Shown: one piece after another, positions 27,626 through 37,408 of the stretch
Layout of the letters: each line of letters begins with the position of its first letter
How positions within the stretch are numbered: position 1 is the stretch's first letter
Origin: a virus
Lineage: Duplodnaviria; Caudoviricetes
Length of the DNA stretch: 54,913 nucleotides
Direction: 5' to 3' (one strand)
IMG/VR virus record: IMGVR_UViG_3300049489_000585
Coordinates: 1-54,913 of that record
The notes under the pieces: model-generated
Seen by the model: only the letters and a program-made list of their open reading frames with translations
The model's database searches: none
What the model was told of the DNA's origin: nothing
Made by a program: the position numbers and the translations under genes

Positions 27626-28003
27626 ATGACCACCTACACCGAAGCAGCCCGCGGCCTGGAGTTCCTGCTGTGGGAGCAGGAAGAGGGCTACAGCCGAGAG
27701 CAGGTCACGTTGACCGCGTCCCAGGGCGCACTGTTGGCCGGCACCGTCATGGCCAAGGTCACCGGTACCGGCAACTACGTCCCGTATGACGACGACGCGA
27801 ACGGCACCACCGCCGGCACCGGCATCGCCGCCGGCATCCTCTGCTATGACGTTGCCAACAGCGGTTCGACGCAGCCGGTCGTGATCATCGCCCGCCAGGC
27901 CATCGTCAAGTCGGCGCTGCTGGTGTGGGAGGCGTCGAACGACAGCACCGAGAAGGCCGCGGCCGTCGTCGAGCTGACGGCGCTGGGCATCCTGGTGCGC
28001 TGA
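27626..28003 (+). CDS. Head decoration protein
   Basis: SREQVT, GTVMAK, AAGIL, LGILVR. Precedes the capsid gene. Confidence 0.85.
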   Translation: MTTYTEAARGLEFLLWEQEEGYSREQVTLTASQGALLAGTVMAKVTGTGNYVPYDDDANGTTAGTGIAAGILCYDVANSGSTQPVVIIARQAIVKSALLVWEASNDSTEKAAAVVELTALGILVR

Positions 28004-28041
28004 AGCGCCGGCACTGAGACCACGAACGGAGCATCGACATC

Positions 28042-29028
28042 ATGGACATCTACACCGACTTCTTCAACCGCTCGGAGCTGCTGCGCGTCCTCTCGCTGCA
28101 GCCCTACACCCCGGGCCAGCTGGGCGCGCTGGGCATCTTTCAGTCGGTCCCGCTGTCGAGCACGATCTTCGCGGTCGAAGAACAGCCCAAGGATGCCGGC
28201 CGGCTGTTGACGGCGATGCAGCGCGGCGCGCCTCGGCAAGTCAACACCCAGGACAAGCGCAAGGTGCACACCTTCGCGGTCACCGATCAGTACGGCGACC
28301 AGGCTTCGGTGATGGCTGACGAGGTGCTGAACGCCCGCAGCGGCATCACCGGCGCGAAGGATGTGGTCGAGAACCGCCGCGCCGTCCAGATGGCCAAGCT
28401 GCGCCGCACCATGGACCGCACGCACGAGGTGCTGCGCATGACCCGCCTGCTGAGCCCGGCTTCCACAGAGTTCGGCTCGGCCGGCTCGTCGGCGATCCTG
28501 GCGGTGCAGACCGATGCCACGAAGACCCGCAAGGAGATTTTCGACAAGATCATCGTGCCGATGGAGTCCGCGCTGGACGGCCGCACCTACACCAGCATCC
28601 TGGTGCTGTGCAGCGACGGCTACTGGTCGGACCTCATGGACAACAAGCAGATCCGCGACACCTACGTGAACTGGGAACAGGCCCAGCTGGCGCGCAGCGG
28701 CCTGCAGGGCGAGAACGGCTCGATCGCGCCGCCGTTCCCCTGGGGCGACGTGGTGTGGCAACGCTACCGCGGCACCAGCGACTGCAAGATCCCCGACAAC
28801 GAGGCCCGCGCAATCCCGCTGGGCGTCGATGACCTGGCCTGGCAGGCGTTCGCGCCGAACACCACGGTCGAGTCGGTCGGGTCCGGCGCCATGGGCCAGC
28901 CGTACTACGTCGGCAGCAAGCCCATCACCGACAGCCAGGGCACCCTGGGCTGGGAGATGTCGATCCAGTCGCATGTGCGCATGGTCTGGGGCCGCCCGGG
29001 CTGCGTCCTGCCGCTGACCAAGTCCTGA
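28042..29028 (+). CDS. Major capsid protein (lambda E-like family)
   Basis: PG.LGALGIF, RGAP, THE..R, FAP motifs and gene position. Confidence 0.88.
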   Translation: MDIYTDFFNRSELLRVLSLQPYTPGQLGALGIFQSVPLSSTIFAVEEQPKDAGRLLTAMQRGAPRQVNTQDKRKVHTFAVTDQYGDQASVMADEVLNARSGITGAKDVVENRRAVQMAKLRRTMDRTHEVLRMTRLLSPASTEFGSAGSSAILAVQTDATKTRKEIFDKIIVPMESALDGRTYTSILVLCSDGYWSDLMDNKQIRDTYVNWEQAQLARSGLQGENGSIAPPFPWGDVVWQRYRGTSDCKIPDNEARAIPLGVDDLAWQAFAPNTTVESVGSGAMGQPYYVGSKPITDSQGTLGWEMSIQSHVRMVWGRPGCVLPLTKS

Positions 29029-29059
29029 CCCGAGGACGGCGAGAGCCAGCCGCAACCAG

Positions 29060-29084
29060 CAGGGGCGCGCGGCGCCCCTGTTTC
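29060..29084 (+). terminator. Hairpin/terminator after capsid gene
   Basis: CAGGGGCGC-GCG-GCGCCCCTG-TTTC. Confidence 0.6.
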
Positions 29085-29103
29085 ACTTCCGGAGCACTGA
29101 CGC

Positions 29104-29520
29104 ATGGCCTCACTCATTTTCAATCGAGCGCTGGAGCTCTGGGCCCGGGGCTCAATCGACTTCGACACCGACCCGTTCAAGGTGCTGCTGACGACCTCGG
29201 CGTACACCGAGAACAAGGACACGCACGACTTCCGCGACGATGTGACCAACGAGGTCACGGGCACCGGCTACACGGCCGGCGGCAACACCGTGACGGTCAG
29301 CGTGACGCTCGACACCGCGAACGACCGGGTCGACATCAGCCTGGGCGGCACGACCTGGCCCACGTCGACGATCACCGCGCGCAAGGGCGTGTACTACAAG
29401 GCCCGCGGCGGTGCCTCGTCGGCTGATGAGCTGTTGGCGGTCAACGACTTCGGCTCGGACGTGGTGACCAGCGCAGGCACGTTCACGCTGAACGCCAGCA
29501 CGCTGCGCATCCAGAACTGA
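29104..29520 (+). CDS. Virion structural protein
   Basis: IDFDTD.FKVLL, EVTGTGYTAGG, DFGSD. Confidence 0.75.
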   Translation: MASLIFNRALELWARGSIDFDTDPFKVLLTTSAYTENKDTHDFRDDVTNEVTGTGYTAGGNTVTVSVTLDTANDRVDISLGGTTWPTSTITARKGVYYKARGGASSADELLAVNDFGSDVVTSAGTFTLNASTLRIQN

Positions 29521-29528
29521 GGCGAACC

Positions 29529-29804
29529 ATGACCGATCCCAACACCACCACCGTGTCGATCAACCTGTCCGAGCTGAGCCTCGAGCAGCTGGTGCAGCTG
29601 TCCCAGGGCCTGGGCAGGAAGATCGACGCCCTGCGCGACCAGCGCGCCTACCTGTCCATCAAGATCGCCGAGCGCGTGGCCAAGGGCGAGCGCACTTGCA
29701 CCGACCCCGCAATCGTCGGCGAGGTCGAGACGATCACCGCCGCCGACGTGGGCGTGCTCGATGCCAGCGCGCCTGGCGCCGACATCGACGTCTCTGCCGG
29801 CTGA
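29529..29804 (+). CDS. Hypothetical protein
   Basis: Coupled ORF with GAGG RBS. Confidence 0.6.
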   Translation: MTDPNTTTVSINLSELSLEQLVQLSQGLGRKIDALRDQRAYLSIKIAERVAKGERTCTDPAIVGEVETITAADVGVLDASAPGADIDVSAG

Positions 29805-29823
29805 AGACATGCCGAGGAATGGC

Positions 29824-30165
29824 ATGTCGCAGATCCCAACTCCCAGCGACTTCGCTGCGCTTGTTGATCTGCAGCAACGCCAGGAGGCGCAGATCCGAGT
29901 GATCGCTGCGGGCCATGTCCAGCTCGTGGACCAGATCAGCGAGATCACGGTAACGCTCCGACACCAGGATGAGCGAATCGCGGTCAACGACATGCAGCTG
30001 AGGCGGATTGAAACCGCCGTCGGCGAGAACACCGAACTGACTCGCGACATCAGGGACGCGATCACGGCCGGACGGGTCGCCGGCAGTCTGGTGCGATGGA
30101 TGGCGGCCACCGTCGTCACGCTGTCGGCCGCCTGGCTGGCACTGAAGGGATTCTGGAAACCATGA
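29824..30165 (+). CDS. Coiled-coil protein with C-terminal TM (lysis-associated?)
   Basis: ENTELTRDIRD followed by a hydrophobic tail. Confidence 0.6.
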   Translation: MSQIPTPSDFAALVDLQQRQEAQIRVIAAGHVQLVDQISEITVTLRHQDERIAVNDMQLRRIETAVGENTELTRDIRDAITAGRVAGSLVRWMAATVVTLSAAWLALKGFWKP

Positions 30166-30386
30166 CCAAGCAACAAAATCCGACCGAGCCCGGCGTCGTG
30201 TTCGTGCGCATCAAGGGCAAGCGCAACGAGCAGGCGCACTGGTTCGACGGCCGCAACTTCTCGCGGGCCGGGTACGACTCGACGGCCGACGCGCACGCGG
30301 CCAGCCAAGGCGGCAAGCGCGTGCTTGTCGGGGGCGCGATCCTGCCCAAGGCCACCGAGCTGACCTGGCGGCCTGTCAAGGGCTGA
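30162..30386 (+). CDS. Hypothetical protein
   Basis: ATGA coupling. Confidence 0.55.
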   Translation: MTKQQNPTEPGVVFVRIKGKRNEQAHWFDGRNFSRAGYDSTADAHAASQGGKRVLVGGAILPKATELTWRPVKG

Positions 30387-30396
30387 GGGAGGACAC

Positions 30397-30615
30397 ATGC
30401 TGATCGAAGGCGGATTCCAATGGTGGTGGCGCAAGTACAGCGCCGCTGCGTTGGCGGCGATCATCTCGATCCAGGCCGCCTGGAAGATGAGCGCCGACCT
30501 GCAGGCGCTGCTGCCCAAGGACTGGCTCGACACGGCCACGCTGATCCTGGCCGTGCTGGGCTTCATCGGCCGCTTCATCGCACAGACGCAGACCACCAAG
30601 GACGACCCGCGGTGA
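30397..30615 (+). CDS. Holin (2 TM)
   Basis: WWRKYS + two hydrophobic helices + GRFIAQ. Overlaps the endolysin start. Confidence 0.75.
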   Translation: MLIEGGFQWWWRKYSAAALAAIISIQAAWKMSADLQALLPKDWLDTATLILAVLGFIGRFIAQTQTTKDDPR

Positions 30616-31037
30616 TCACCCTGGCCCACTACTTCCGCGACTTCGAGCGCACGCATGGGCTGCTGCTGAGCGTAGATCTGCGGGCCAATGCTGCACGCAC
30701 GGTCGACCTGGCCAATCGCCTGATGGTGATGGCCAAGGGCGCGGGCGTGACGCTGGTTCAGATCCCCGGCACCGACAGCATCGTCCCCAGCGGCTGGCGG
30801 CCGGCCGACTACAACGCCACGCTGCCGAACGCCAAGCCGCGCAGCCTGCACATCACCTGCGAGGCGATAGACGTGAACGACCCGGACGGCGACCTCGACG
30901 AGTGGCTGATCACGCCGGATGGCCAGCGTGTGCTGACCGACCTGGTGCTGTGGCACGAGCACCCGGCCGCCACCAAGGGCTGGGCACACCTGCAGACCAA
31001 GCCGCCACGCTCAGGCCGGCGGACCTTCTACCCGTGA
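30612..31037 (+). CDS. Endolysin, peptidase M15 family
   Basis: SGWRP..YN, S.H....AID, WAHLQ zinc-peptidase motifs. Confidence 0.82.
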   Translation: MITLAHYFRDFERTHGLLLSVDLRANAARTVDLANRLMVMAKGAGVTLVQIPGTDSIVPSGWRPADYNATLPNAKPRSLHITCEAIDVNDPDGDLDEWLITPDGQRVLTDLVLWHEHPAATKGWAHLQTKPPRSGRRTFYP

Positions 31038-31047
31038 GGCCACCGCC

Positions 31048-31269
31048 ATGACTCGCTTCCTCATCATCGCCATGGCCACCATCGTGCTGAGCGGCTGCAG
31101 CGCGTTCAAGGGCACCTTCGAGAACCGCCTCGCGTGCTCCATGGACGGCATCGAGGCCTACTTCGTCAGCAAGTACGGCTGGCTTGGAATCAGCGCCGAG
31201 GTGGCCCAGAAGGACGCCTCGCTGGTGTGCGCACCGAGGGTGATCATCATGAAGGCAGCGGGGGCGTGA
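31048..31269 (+). CDS. Lipoprotein (candidate o-spanin)
   Basis: Signal peptide with LSGC lipobox right after the endolysin. Confidence 0.65.
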   Translation: MTRFLIIAMATIVLSGCSAFKGTFENRLACSMDGIEAYFVSKYGWLGISAEVAQKDASLVCAPRVIIMKAAGA

Positions 31270-31271
31270 GC

Positions 31272-31667
31272 ATGCTCGCAAACGACGCGCTCAGCGATGT
31301 GGCCGCGGCGGATGCTGCGGTCCGTTGGCTGGTGCTGCTGGCGGTGGTGCTGGCCATGGTCGCCATCGGGCTGGGCGCCGCGCTGTACGCCACGCGCCAG
31401 GAGCTGAAGCGCTCCCACAGGCTGTGCATGCACGCGTGGGTGAGCCTGGGCGCAGAACAGAGGACCGTGAAGCGCGGCCAGCAGGAACGAGATCAGCTGG
31501 TGCTGCAGATCGACCGGATGCTGACCCGAATCACTGAACTGCAAGAGGCCGCCAGGATCCTAGGCGGTCTGGCCGGCGAGCAACTCGACCGCATGAGCGC
31601 GGAGGCTTCTGGTCTGAGCCAGGTGCGGCGAGACTGGTCAGGCGCTTCAGTTGCGCAGGACACATGA
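31272..31667 (+). CDS. N-terminal TM + coiled coil (candidate i-spanin)
   Basis: Hydrophobic helix followed by a heptad-rich region. Confidence 0.55.
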   Translation: MLANDALSDVAAADAAVRWLVLLAVVLAMVAIGLGAALYATRQELKRSHRLCMHAWVSLGAEQRTVKRGQQERDQLVLQIDRMLTRITELQEAARILGGLAGEQLDRMSAEASGLSQVRRDWSGASVAQDT

Positions 31668-31705
31668 TGCATTCGAAGGCCCGCATGACCGCAATGGAGT
31701 AGACC

Positions 31706-32215
31706 ATGGCCCAATTTCTGATTTTCAACGGCCCAGCGCCGACCACGGCCGCTCTTGCCAGCGTGACAACCGGCACTGCGATCAAGACGCTGTTGCAGTT
31801 CAAGCCCAGCGCAACGCTCCCTGGCAAGATCATCGCCTGGGGCATCTCGTTCGATGGCGCGGCAGACGCAGCAAAGATCAAGTGCGAGTTGATCGAAGTC
31901 GACGTGGCTGCAACTGTCACCGCGTCCGTGGCTGCGGACTTGACGAAGCTCGACGCTGCCGCGCTGGCCTGCGGCGATCCGACGACCAATTTGATCCAGG
32001 TCGGCACCACATCTACTGGCTACACCGCGACGGCAGAGGGAAGCATCACCGCGACGCGCTTGCTTGACGCTCAACTGGTGTCGCCAGCCGGTGGCTACGG
32101 CATCCAGTTCCCGTTAGGACAAGAGCCGCTGATTCAAGTCGCCAAGTTCGCGCGCATCCGCGTCCTGGCGGCTGCCGCAGTCAATGCCTACTGCTGGATG
32201 CGCGTCGAGATCTGA
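31706..32215 (+). CDS. Virion structural protein
   Basis: GGAG RBS, Thr/Ala-rich beta protein. Confidence 0.7.
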   Translation: MAQFLIFNGPAPTTAALASVTTGTAIKTLLQFKPSATLPGKIIAWGISFDGAADAAKIKCELIEVDVAATVTASVAADLTKLDAAALACGDPTTNLIQVGTTSTGYTATAEGSITATRLLDAQLVSPAGGYGIQFPLGQEPLIQVAKFARIRVLAAAAVNAYCWMRVEI

Positions 32216-32217
32216 TC

Positions 32218-32628
32218 GTGGCCGAATTGCTCATCAAGGCGCGCGACGCCAGCCACGACGATCCGGAGACGGACCGCCGCGGCTGCTACAAGCGCGGCGA
32301 CGTGGTGACGGTGCAGGACGACGGGCACCCGTGGGGCCGCAAAGAAGGGTTGCCTAACTTCATCATCCTGCGCATCCCCGGTGCCGCGCGAGCGCTGGCC
32401 GAACGGCTGGCCGATGAGCAGGACGACGACGACAGCGGCACCCTGCTGCAGGATGCGGACGGCATGCGAGGCAGGCACCGCCGCCGCCGCTGGCGCATCG
32501 ACATCGACGACCTGCCGGCAGCCGTGCGGACCGCGCTGATGACCACCGGCGCGGCACCCATCACCCGGGTGCAGATCCGCACCCGGCTCAAGCGCAAGCG
32601 CGACGGCGCTCTATTCACTGACCTGTGA
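32218..32628 (+). CDS. Hypothetical protein (paralog of next gene)
   Basis: RGDVVTVQDDGHPWG.KE motif. Confidence 0.7.
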   Translation: MAELLIKARDASHDDPETDRRGCYKRGDVVTVQDDGHPWGRKEGLPNFIILRIPGAARALAERLADEQDDDDSGTLLQDADGMRGRHRRRRWRIDIDDLPAAVRTALMTTGAAPITRVQIRTRLKRKRDGALFTDL

Positions 32629-32635
32629 GGACACC

Positions 32636-32980
32636 ATGCACCTGATGCTCTATGTAGGCGACGAGGGGTTTACCGACATCGACCTGCGCGATGGCGACAT
32701 CTTCGCCGTGCAGCCCGACGACTGGACCCCCGGCTCGAAGGAAAAGCAGCGCTACTTGATCGTCAAAACGCCGGACTTCACTGGCCCGTGGGACGAGCTG
32801 GTCAAGTCCGAGTACATGCAGGGCCCGGGCGAGGCGCCGGTGATCCGGCGCATGCGCTCGTACCGCGTCGACTACGTGCCGCTGCTGGACGCGGAGGAGC
32901 TGGCCGCAACGCGCGACCGCGCAGTTGCCGTCGAGCCCATCGTTGGCCGCTTCACCCTCGGTCACATCGCCCGAAAGTGA
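32636..32980 (+). CDS. Hypothetical protein (paralog of previous gene)
   Basis: DGDIFAVQPDDWTPG.KE motif. Confidence 0.7.
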   Translation: MHLMLYVGDEGFTDIDLRDGDIFAVQPDDWTPGSKEKQRYLIVKTPDFTGPWDELVKSEYMQGPGEAPVIRRMRSYRVDYVPLLDAEELAATRDRAVAVEPIVGRFTLGHIARK

Positions 32981-33078
32981 CGTGGGAGGGGCGCGAGCAG
33001 CCGCTGCATCGCTGCTCTCACCCCGGGTGCCCGACGAACAAAAGACCCAAGCCGAAACAACCACCGAAGCGCTGACCC

Positions 33079-34041
33079 GTGGCCACTGAAGTCATCAGCA
33101 CGATCCGCTCATCAGGGGGCGACTACACGACCCTGTCCGCGTGGGAGGCTGGCGAGCAGGGCAATCTGGTCACGGCTGACGAGATCCGCACGGCCGAGTG
33201 TTACGACGACTGGCCGAGTGGGCTGGCGGACAACGTGTCTATCGTTGGCAGCACGGTGGACTCCACGCGCTACATGCGGATTACCGTGGCGGCTGGGCAT
33301 CGCCACAACGGGACGCCGCAGACCGGGTTTTTCCTCAAAAAGTCAACCGGGTTCAGCGGTCTGATCTACAACGATCAGAGCTACACGCGGATGTCGTGGC
33401 TGGACGCGGAGAACACGCACACCACCACGAATTTGGTCTACCGGATCGGAAACGTCACCGCACCGAAGATGGAGAACTGCCTGGGCAAGAGCGCAGGCAG
33501 TGGCGGGGTAGTGTTTGCGGACATCGCCAACACAGCGAAGCTGATTTGCTGTCTGGCCTATGGGTCCGCGACCGGGTTCGCGGTCACGTCCGGGGTCACG
33601 ACGACCACGCTGCTGAACTGCGTCGCTGCAGGATGCACCACTGGATTCTTGCGCTCGATCGGCACGACCAAGAATTGCGTCGCTTACAACAACACCACCA
33701 ACTGGGGTGCTGGTACGCCCGAGGCAGCCAGCACCAACAATGCCACCAGCAGCGGCAGCGACGATGCGCCGGGTGGCAGCAGTGTGATCAGCGTTGCCAG
33801 CGGTGATTTCGTCAACGCTGCGGCGAATGACTTCCACCTGTCCAGCGGGTCTGTGCTGATCGGCGCTGGCGCGAATCTCACCAGCGATTTCACGATCGAC
33901 ATCGACGGCGACACGTGGCCCAGCAGCGGCGCGTGGGACATCGGGTTTGATCGCTATGTGTCTGCCGGTGGGGGCGCGGTCGTGCCCGGCGCCAACTACC
34001 GCAGGTACGGTCAGGCCGTGAACCGCGCCAGCACTTACTGA
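33079..34041 (+). CDS. Beta-helix (pectin-lyase-like) virion protein
   Basis: DYTTLSAWE, repeated NC strands, DFHL..GS.LI.AG...DIDG...WDIG. Confidence 0.75.
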   Translation: MATEVISTIRSSGGDYTTLSAWEAGEQGNLVTADEIRTAECYDDWPSGLADNVSIVGSTVDSTRYMRITVAAGHRHNGTPQTGFFLKKSTGFSGLIYNDQSYTRMSWLDAENTHTTTNLVYRIGNVTAPKMENCLGKSAGSGGVVFADIANTAKLICCLAYGSATGFAVTSGVTTTTLLNCVAAGCTTGFLRSIGTTKNCVAYNNTTNWGAGTPEAASTNNATSSGSDDAPGGSSVISVASGDFVNAAANDFHLSSGSVLIGAGANLTSDFTIDIDGDTWPSSGAWDIGFDRYVSAGGGAVVPGANYRRYGQAVNRASTY

Positions 34042-34042
34042 C

Positions 34043-34807
34043 ATGGCCCGCGCAGGTCGCTCATTCCCGATCCAGGCTTGGCGCCGGTACCCGGCGCCGG
34101 CTGGCGGTGGTGGCGCGACAGCCACAGGCCAGACGATCACTGCCACGGCAAGCCTGATTGCTGGATCTGCGAGCGGCGAGGTCAACGCTACCTCTAGCGG
34201 CGTGACGCTGACAGCGACTGCCAGCCTCGTACTGGGCTCGGCCAGCGGCAGCGCGACCGCGGCCGGCCAGACGCTCACGGCAACCGCAAGCCTGCTGGCC
34301 GGCAGCGCCACCGGCGAGGTCAACTCTACGGCCACGGGCCAGACGCTCACGGCCACCACCAGCCTTGTCGCCGGCTCAGCGTCGGGCGGCAACGCTGGCA
34401 CGGCCGCAGGCGCAACGGTCACCGCCACCGCCTCGCTCATCGCTGGCGTGGCCACCGGCGAGGTCAACGCGACGGCGGCTGGCACCACGCTGAGCGCAGG
34501 CGTCAGCCTGATCGCCGGCTCTGCATCCGCGGCCAACGACGCCACGGCATCCGGCGTGGTGATCGAGGCCTCGGCCTTGTTCATCGCCGGCTCGGCAACT
34601 GGCAACGCCGGCGCCACCGCGCCTGGCGTCGTGATCAGCCTGCAGGCCTTGCTGGTAGCGGGCAGCGCCTACGGGCCGAACATGTCGGCCTCGCCAGGGT
34701 TCATTGCCGCAGGCACCCCGCGCCGCTACAGCGCCACGCGGTCAAAGCCGATCTTCGAGGCCGCCATCGGCGCGGACGGCCGCAACCTACCGAGGCGCAG
34801 GGCATGA
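34043..34807 (+). CDS. Ala/Thr/Gly repeat virion protein
   Basis: About 9 tandem ~20-aa repeats of the type ATATGQTLTATASLIAGSASG. Confidence 0.75.
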   Translation: MARAGRSFPIQAWRRYPAPAGGGGATATGQTITATASLIAGSASGEVNATSSGVTLTATASLVLGSASGSATAAGQTLTATASLLAGSATGEVNSTATGQTLTATTSLVAGSASGGNAGTAAGATVTATASLIAGVATGEVNATAAGTTLSAGVSLIAGSASAANDATASGVVIEASALFIAGSATGNAGATAPGVVISLQALLVAGSAYGPNMSASPGFIAAGTPRRYSATRSKPIFEAAIGADGRNLPRRRA

Positions 34808-35103
34808 CAACGCGATTCGACAGCAAGGACCCAAGCGAGAGCGTGAGGGTCGGTTTCGACTACACGCGCCTGGGCGTTCCCGGCAATCCTGATGTGCAGG
34901 TCACAACGCGCGTTGGTGAAGACGCCAGCCCTGGCTCGATCAAGTCGGGCAGTGCGATCGTCAACGGGTACTGGGTGTACCAGGCAGTGATCGGCGGGCT
35001 GGACGGCGTCGACTACGACTTCAAGTGCTTCGCCGACGTGGGCTCAGAGCGGCTGCTGATCGACGGAATCTTGCCGGTGCGCGCGAAGCCGCCACGGCCC
35101 TGA
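34804..35103 (+). CDS. Fibre-tail adaptor-like protein
   Basis: KDPSE....FDY, GGLDGVDY. Confidence 0.65.
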   Translation: MTTRFDSKDPSESVRVGFDYTRLGVPGNPDVQVTTRVGEDASPGSIKSGSAIVNGYWVYQAVIGGLDGVDYDFKCFADVGSERLLIDGILPVRAKPPRP

Positions 35104-35117
35104 ACGGAGGCACATCG

Positions 35118-35516
35118 ATGGCCTACATCACAGACCAAGAGTTCGAGCAGGCGTTCGGCGATGAAGAGCTGGCCGACCTGACCGGTGACGGTTCGGAGTT
35201 CGCAAAGGTCGCAGAGGCTGCGTCCAGCCTGATCAACGGCTACATCGCTTCGAAGTACACGCTACCCCTGCTGACCGTTCCCGACGTGGTCAAGGGCTGG
35301 GCCCTGGACATCACGCGTTACCGGCTTTGGGACGAAGCCGCACCAGCGGAGGTGCGCCGTCGGTACGAGGACGCGCTGCAGCAGCTGCGCGACCTGGCCG
35401 CCGGCCGCCTGGCGCTGCCGCCCGGTGTCGACGGAACGCCTTCGACTGGGGGCTTCGAGTCCGAGGGCTTCGCTGACGAGCGGGTCTTCACGGCCACCAC
35501 CCTCGAGGACTTCTGA
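35118..35516 (+). CDS. Head-tail adaptor (Mu gp36/DUF1320-like)
   Basis: INGYIASKYTLPL, DITRYRL, RYEDALQQLRD.A.G. Confidence 0.85.
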   Translation: MAYITDQEFEQAFGDEELADLTGDGSEFAKVAEAASSLINGYIASKYTLPLLTVPDVVKGWALDITRYRLWDEAAPAEVRRRYEDALQQLRDLAAGRLALPPGVDGTPSTGGFESEGFADERVFTATTLEDF

Positions 35517-35518
35517 CC

Positions 35519-36037
35519 GTGGGCAAGATCGTCTTCCGCATCGACGACAGCAAGGCCACCGCCAAGCTGAAGCTGCTGCAGTCGGCGATCGACAACCCGC
35601 AGCCGGTGTACGCCACGGTCGGCCGGGTGCTGGTCAACCGCATCCGCCTGTGCTTCAAGCTCGGCATCGACCCGTGGGGCAACCCATGGCAGGCGCTGAA
35701 GTTCCGCAAGGGCCAGCCGCTGCGCGACACCGGGCGGCTGAACCGCTCCATCGTGTCGAAGGTCGACGCCACCGGCGTGACGGTGGGCACGAACCTGATC
35801 TATGCGCCGGTCCACCAGTTCGGGGCCACCATCGTGCCGAAGAACAAGCCGCGCCTGGTGTTCCCTGGCCCGAACGGCAAGCTGATCTTCGCCAAGAAGG
35901 TGACCATCCCGGAGCGCCCATACATGCCGCTGCGGCGCGGCGCAACGGAGGTGGCCCTGCCGCCCGATTGGGCACTGCTGGTGATCCGCTCGATCAAGAG
36001 CTACCTGCAGCACGCGCCCGACAAAGCGAAGGCCTGA
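35519..36037 (+). CDS. Virion morphogenesis/tail completion protein (Mu gpG-like)
   Basis: DPWGNPW, LRDTGRLNRSI, VGTNLIYAPVHQFG, IPERPY. Confidence 0.88.
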   Translation: MGKIVFRIDDSKATAKLKLLQSAIDNPQPVYATVGRVLVNRIRLCFKLGIDPWGNPWQALKFRKGQPLRDTGRLNRSIVSKVDATGVTVGTNLIYAPVHQFGATIVPKNKPRLVFPGPNGKLIFAKKVTIPERPYMPLRRGATEVALPPDWALLVIRSIKSYLQHAPDKAKA

Positions 36038-36041
36038 CCCC

Positions 36042-36470
36042 ATGTTCCACGACACCGAACAGAAGATCGTCGACCGCCTGAAAGCTGTGCTTGGGACGGA
36101 GGTGTACGTCGACACCCTGCACGCGATCGAGAGCGTGCCTGAGCTGCGCCAGAAGGCGCCGGCCGTGTGGGTGATCTATGACGGCTTCAGCGTCGGGTCG
36201 ATGGTCGGGTCCGGCTCGGTGCAGCAGATCACGCAAGAGTGGTTCGTTGTCATCGCCGCGAAGTCGGCGAAGGGCCGCGGCGACAGCAGCGCAGCGCGCG
36301 ACGAGGCCGGCGAGATCGCCCTGCAGGTGCTGCAGGCCCTGCTGGGCTTCCACCTGGGCGGCGGCAAGTATTTGCACCTGTCAGATGCGCCGGGTCCTGA
36401 ATACAGTGCCGGCTACGCTCATTTGCCCCTGGCCTTCACCAACGCGGCCACCTTCAAGGGCCAGACCTGA
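36042..36470 (+). CDS. Tail terminator (Mu gp37-like)
   Basis: PAVWVIYDG, QEWFVVIA, ALLGF, and gene position. Confidence 0.75.
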   Translation: MFHDTEQKIVDRLKAVLGTEVYVDTLHAIESVPELRQKAPAVWVIYDGFSVGSMVGSGSVQQITQEWFVVIAAKSAKGRGDSSAARDEAGEIALQVLQALLGFHLGGGKYLHLSDAPGPEYSAGYAHLPLAFTNAATFKGQT

Positions 36471-36485
36471 TCACTGGAGAAACCC

Positions 36486-37406
36486 ATGGCCACTGACTAC
36501 AGCTACATCGGCATCGGCAAGATCTACCTCCGCGAGATCGGTGCGTCGCTCGGCTTCCTCGAAGTGGGCAACTGCTCGGCCCTCGGCTTCGGCGTCACCG
36601 AGGAAGAGAAGAAGCTCAAGGACTTCACCGAGCCAGGCGGCGGCACGCGCAACAGCGTCAAGCGCATCGACGCGGTGACCGCCAGCTTCACGATGCACGA
36701 CATCAACGCGAACAACCTGGCGCGCGCCCTGTATGGCACGGTCTCCGCGGTGGCATCGGCCGGCGTGGTCGATGAGGCTCACACGGTCTACGAAGACACG
36801 TTCGTGCCCCTCACCTTCATGCCTGCCGCGTCACCGGTGCCGACCGTTGTCGGGGCGCCTGACGCCGCGACCAGGGCGAACTCGACGGCCTACGCGCTGG
36901 GCGACTTCATCAAGCCGGCCACGCCGAACACCTTCTTCTACGTCGTGACGGTGGCAGGCACTTCGGCCGGCTCGCCGCCGACCTTCCCGACCACGATCGG
37001 CGGCAGTGTTGCCGACGGCACGGCCACCATCGTCTGCGCCGGCCTGCTGGCGCCGGCGTCCGGTACCGACTACGAGGTCCGTGCTGGCGGCCTCTTTGTC
37101 CTGGCTGACCGGGTCTTCGGCGGCGTGCCTTGGGAGATCAGCTACACCAAGGCAGCCGCCGACGTGATGAACGCGCTGACCAGCTCGGGCAAGGAATACG
37201 AGATGGTCTTCGACGGCCTGAACGAGGCCCGCAGCGGCAAGCGCACGCGCGTCACCGCCTACCGCGTGAAGCCCGGTGCGCTGCAGAACCTGGGGCTGAT
37301 CGGCGAGGACTACGCCGCGCTCGAGGTGTCCGGTGAGGTGCTGCAGGACACCACCAAGGTCGGCGCCGGGATCTCGAAGTACCTCAAGGTCGAGATGGAA
37401 GCCTGA
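36486..37406 (+). CDS. Major tail tube protein with inserted carbohydrate-binding-like module
   Basis: YIG.GKIYL, VGNCS, FDGLNEA.SGK. Insert STAYALGD...YVVTVAGTS...DGT. Confidence 0.82.
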   Translation: MATDYSYIGIGKIYLREIGASLGFLEVGNCSALGFGVTEEEKKLKDFTEPGGGTRNSVKRIDAVTASFTMHDINANNLARALYGTVSAVASAGVVDEAHTVYEDTFVPLTFMPAASPVPTVVGAPDAATRANSTAYALGDFIKPATPNTFFYVVTVAGTSAGSPPTFPTTIGGSVADGTATIVCAGLLAPASGTDYEVRAGGLFVLADRVFGGVPWEISYTKAAADVMNALTSSGKEYEMVFDGLNEARSGKRTRVTAYRVKPGALQNLGLIGEDYAALEVSGEVLQDTTKVGAGISKYLKVEMEA

Positions 37407-37408
37407 CC

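Noticed and set aside
16354-36470. Mu-like transposable phage
   Set aside because: Mu-type head genes and Mor are present, but there is no MuA/MuB. The phage has a tyrosine integrase and an initiator/helicase instead.
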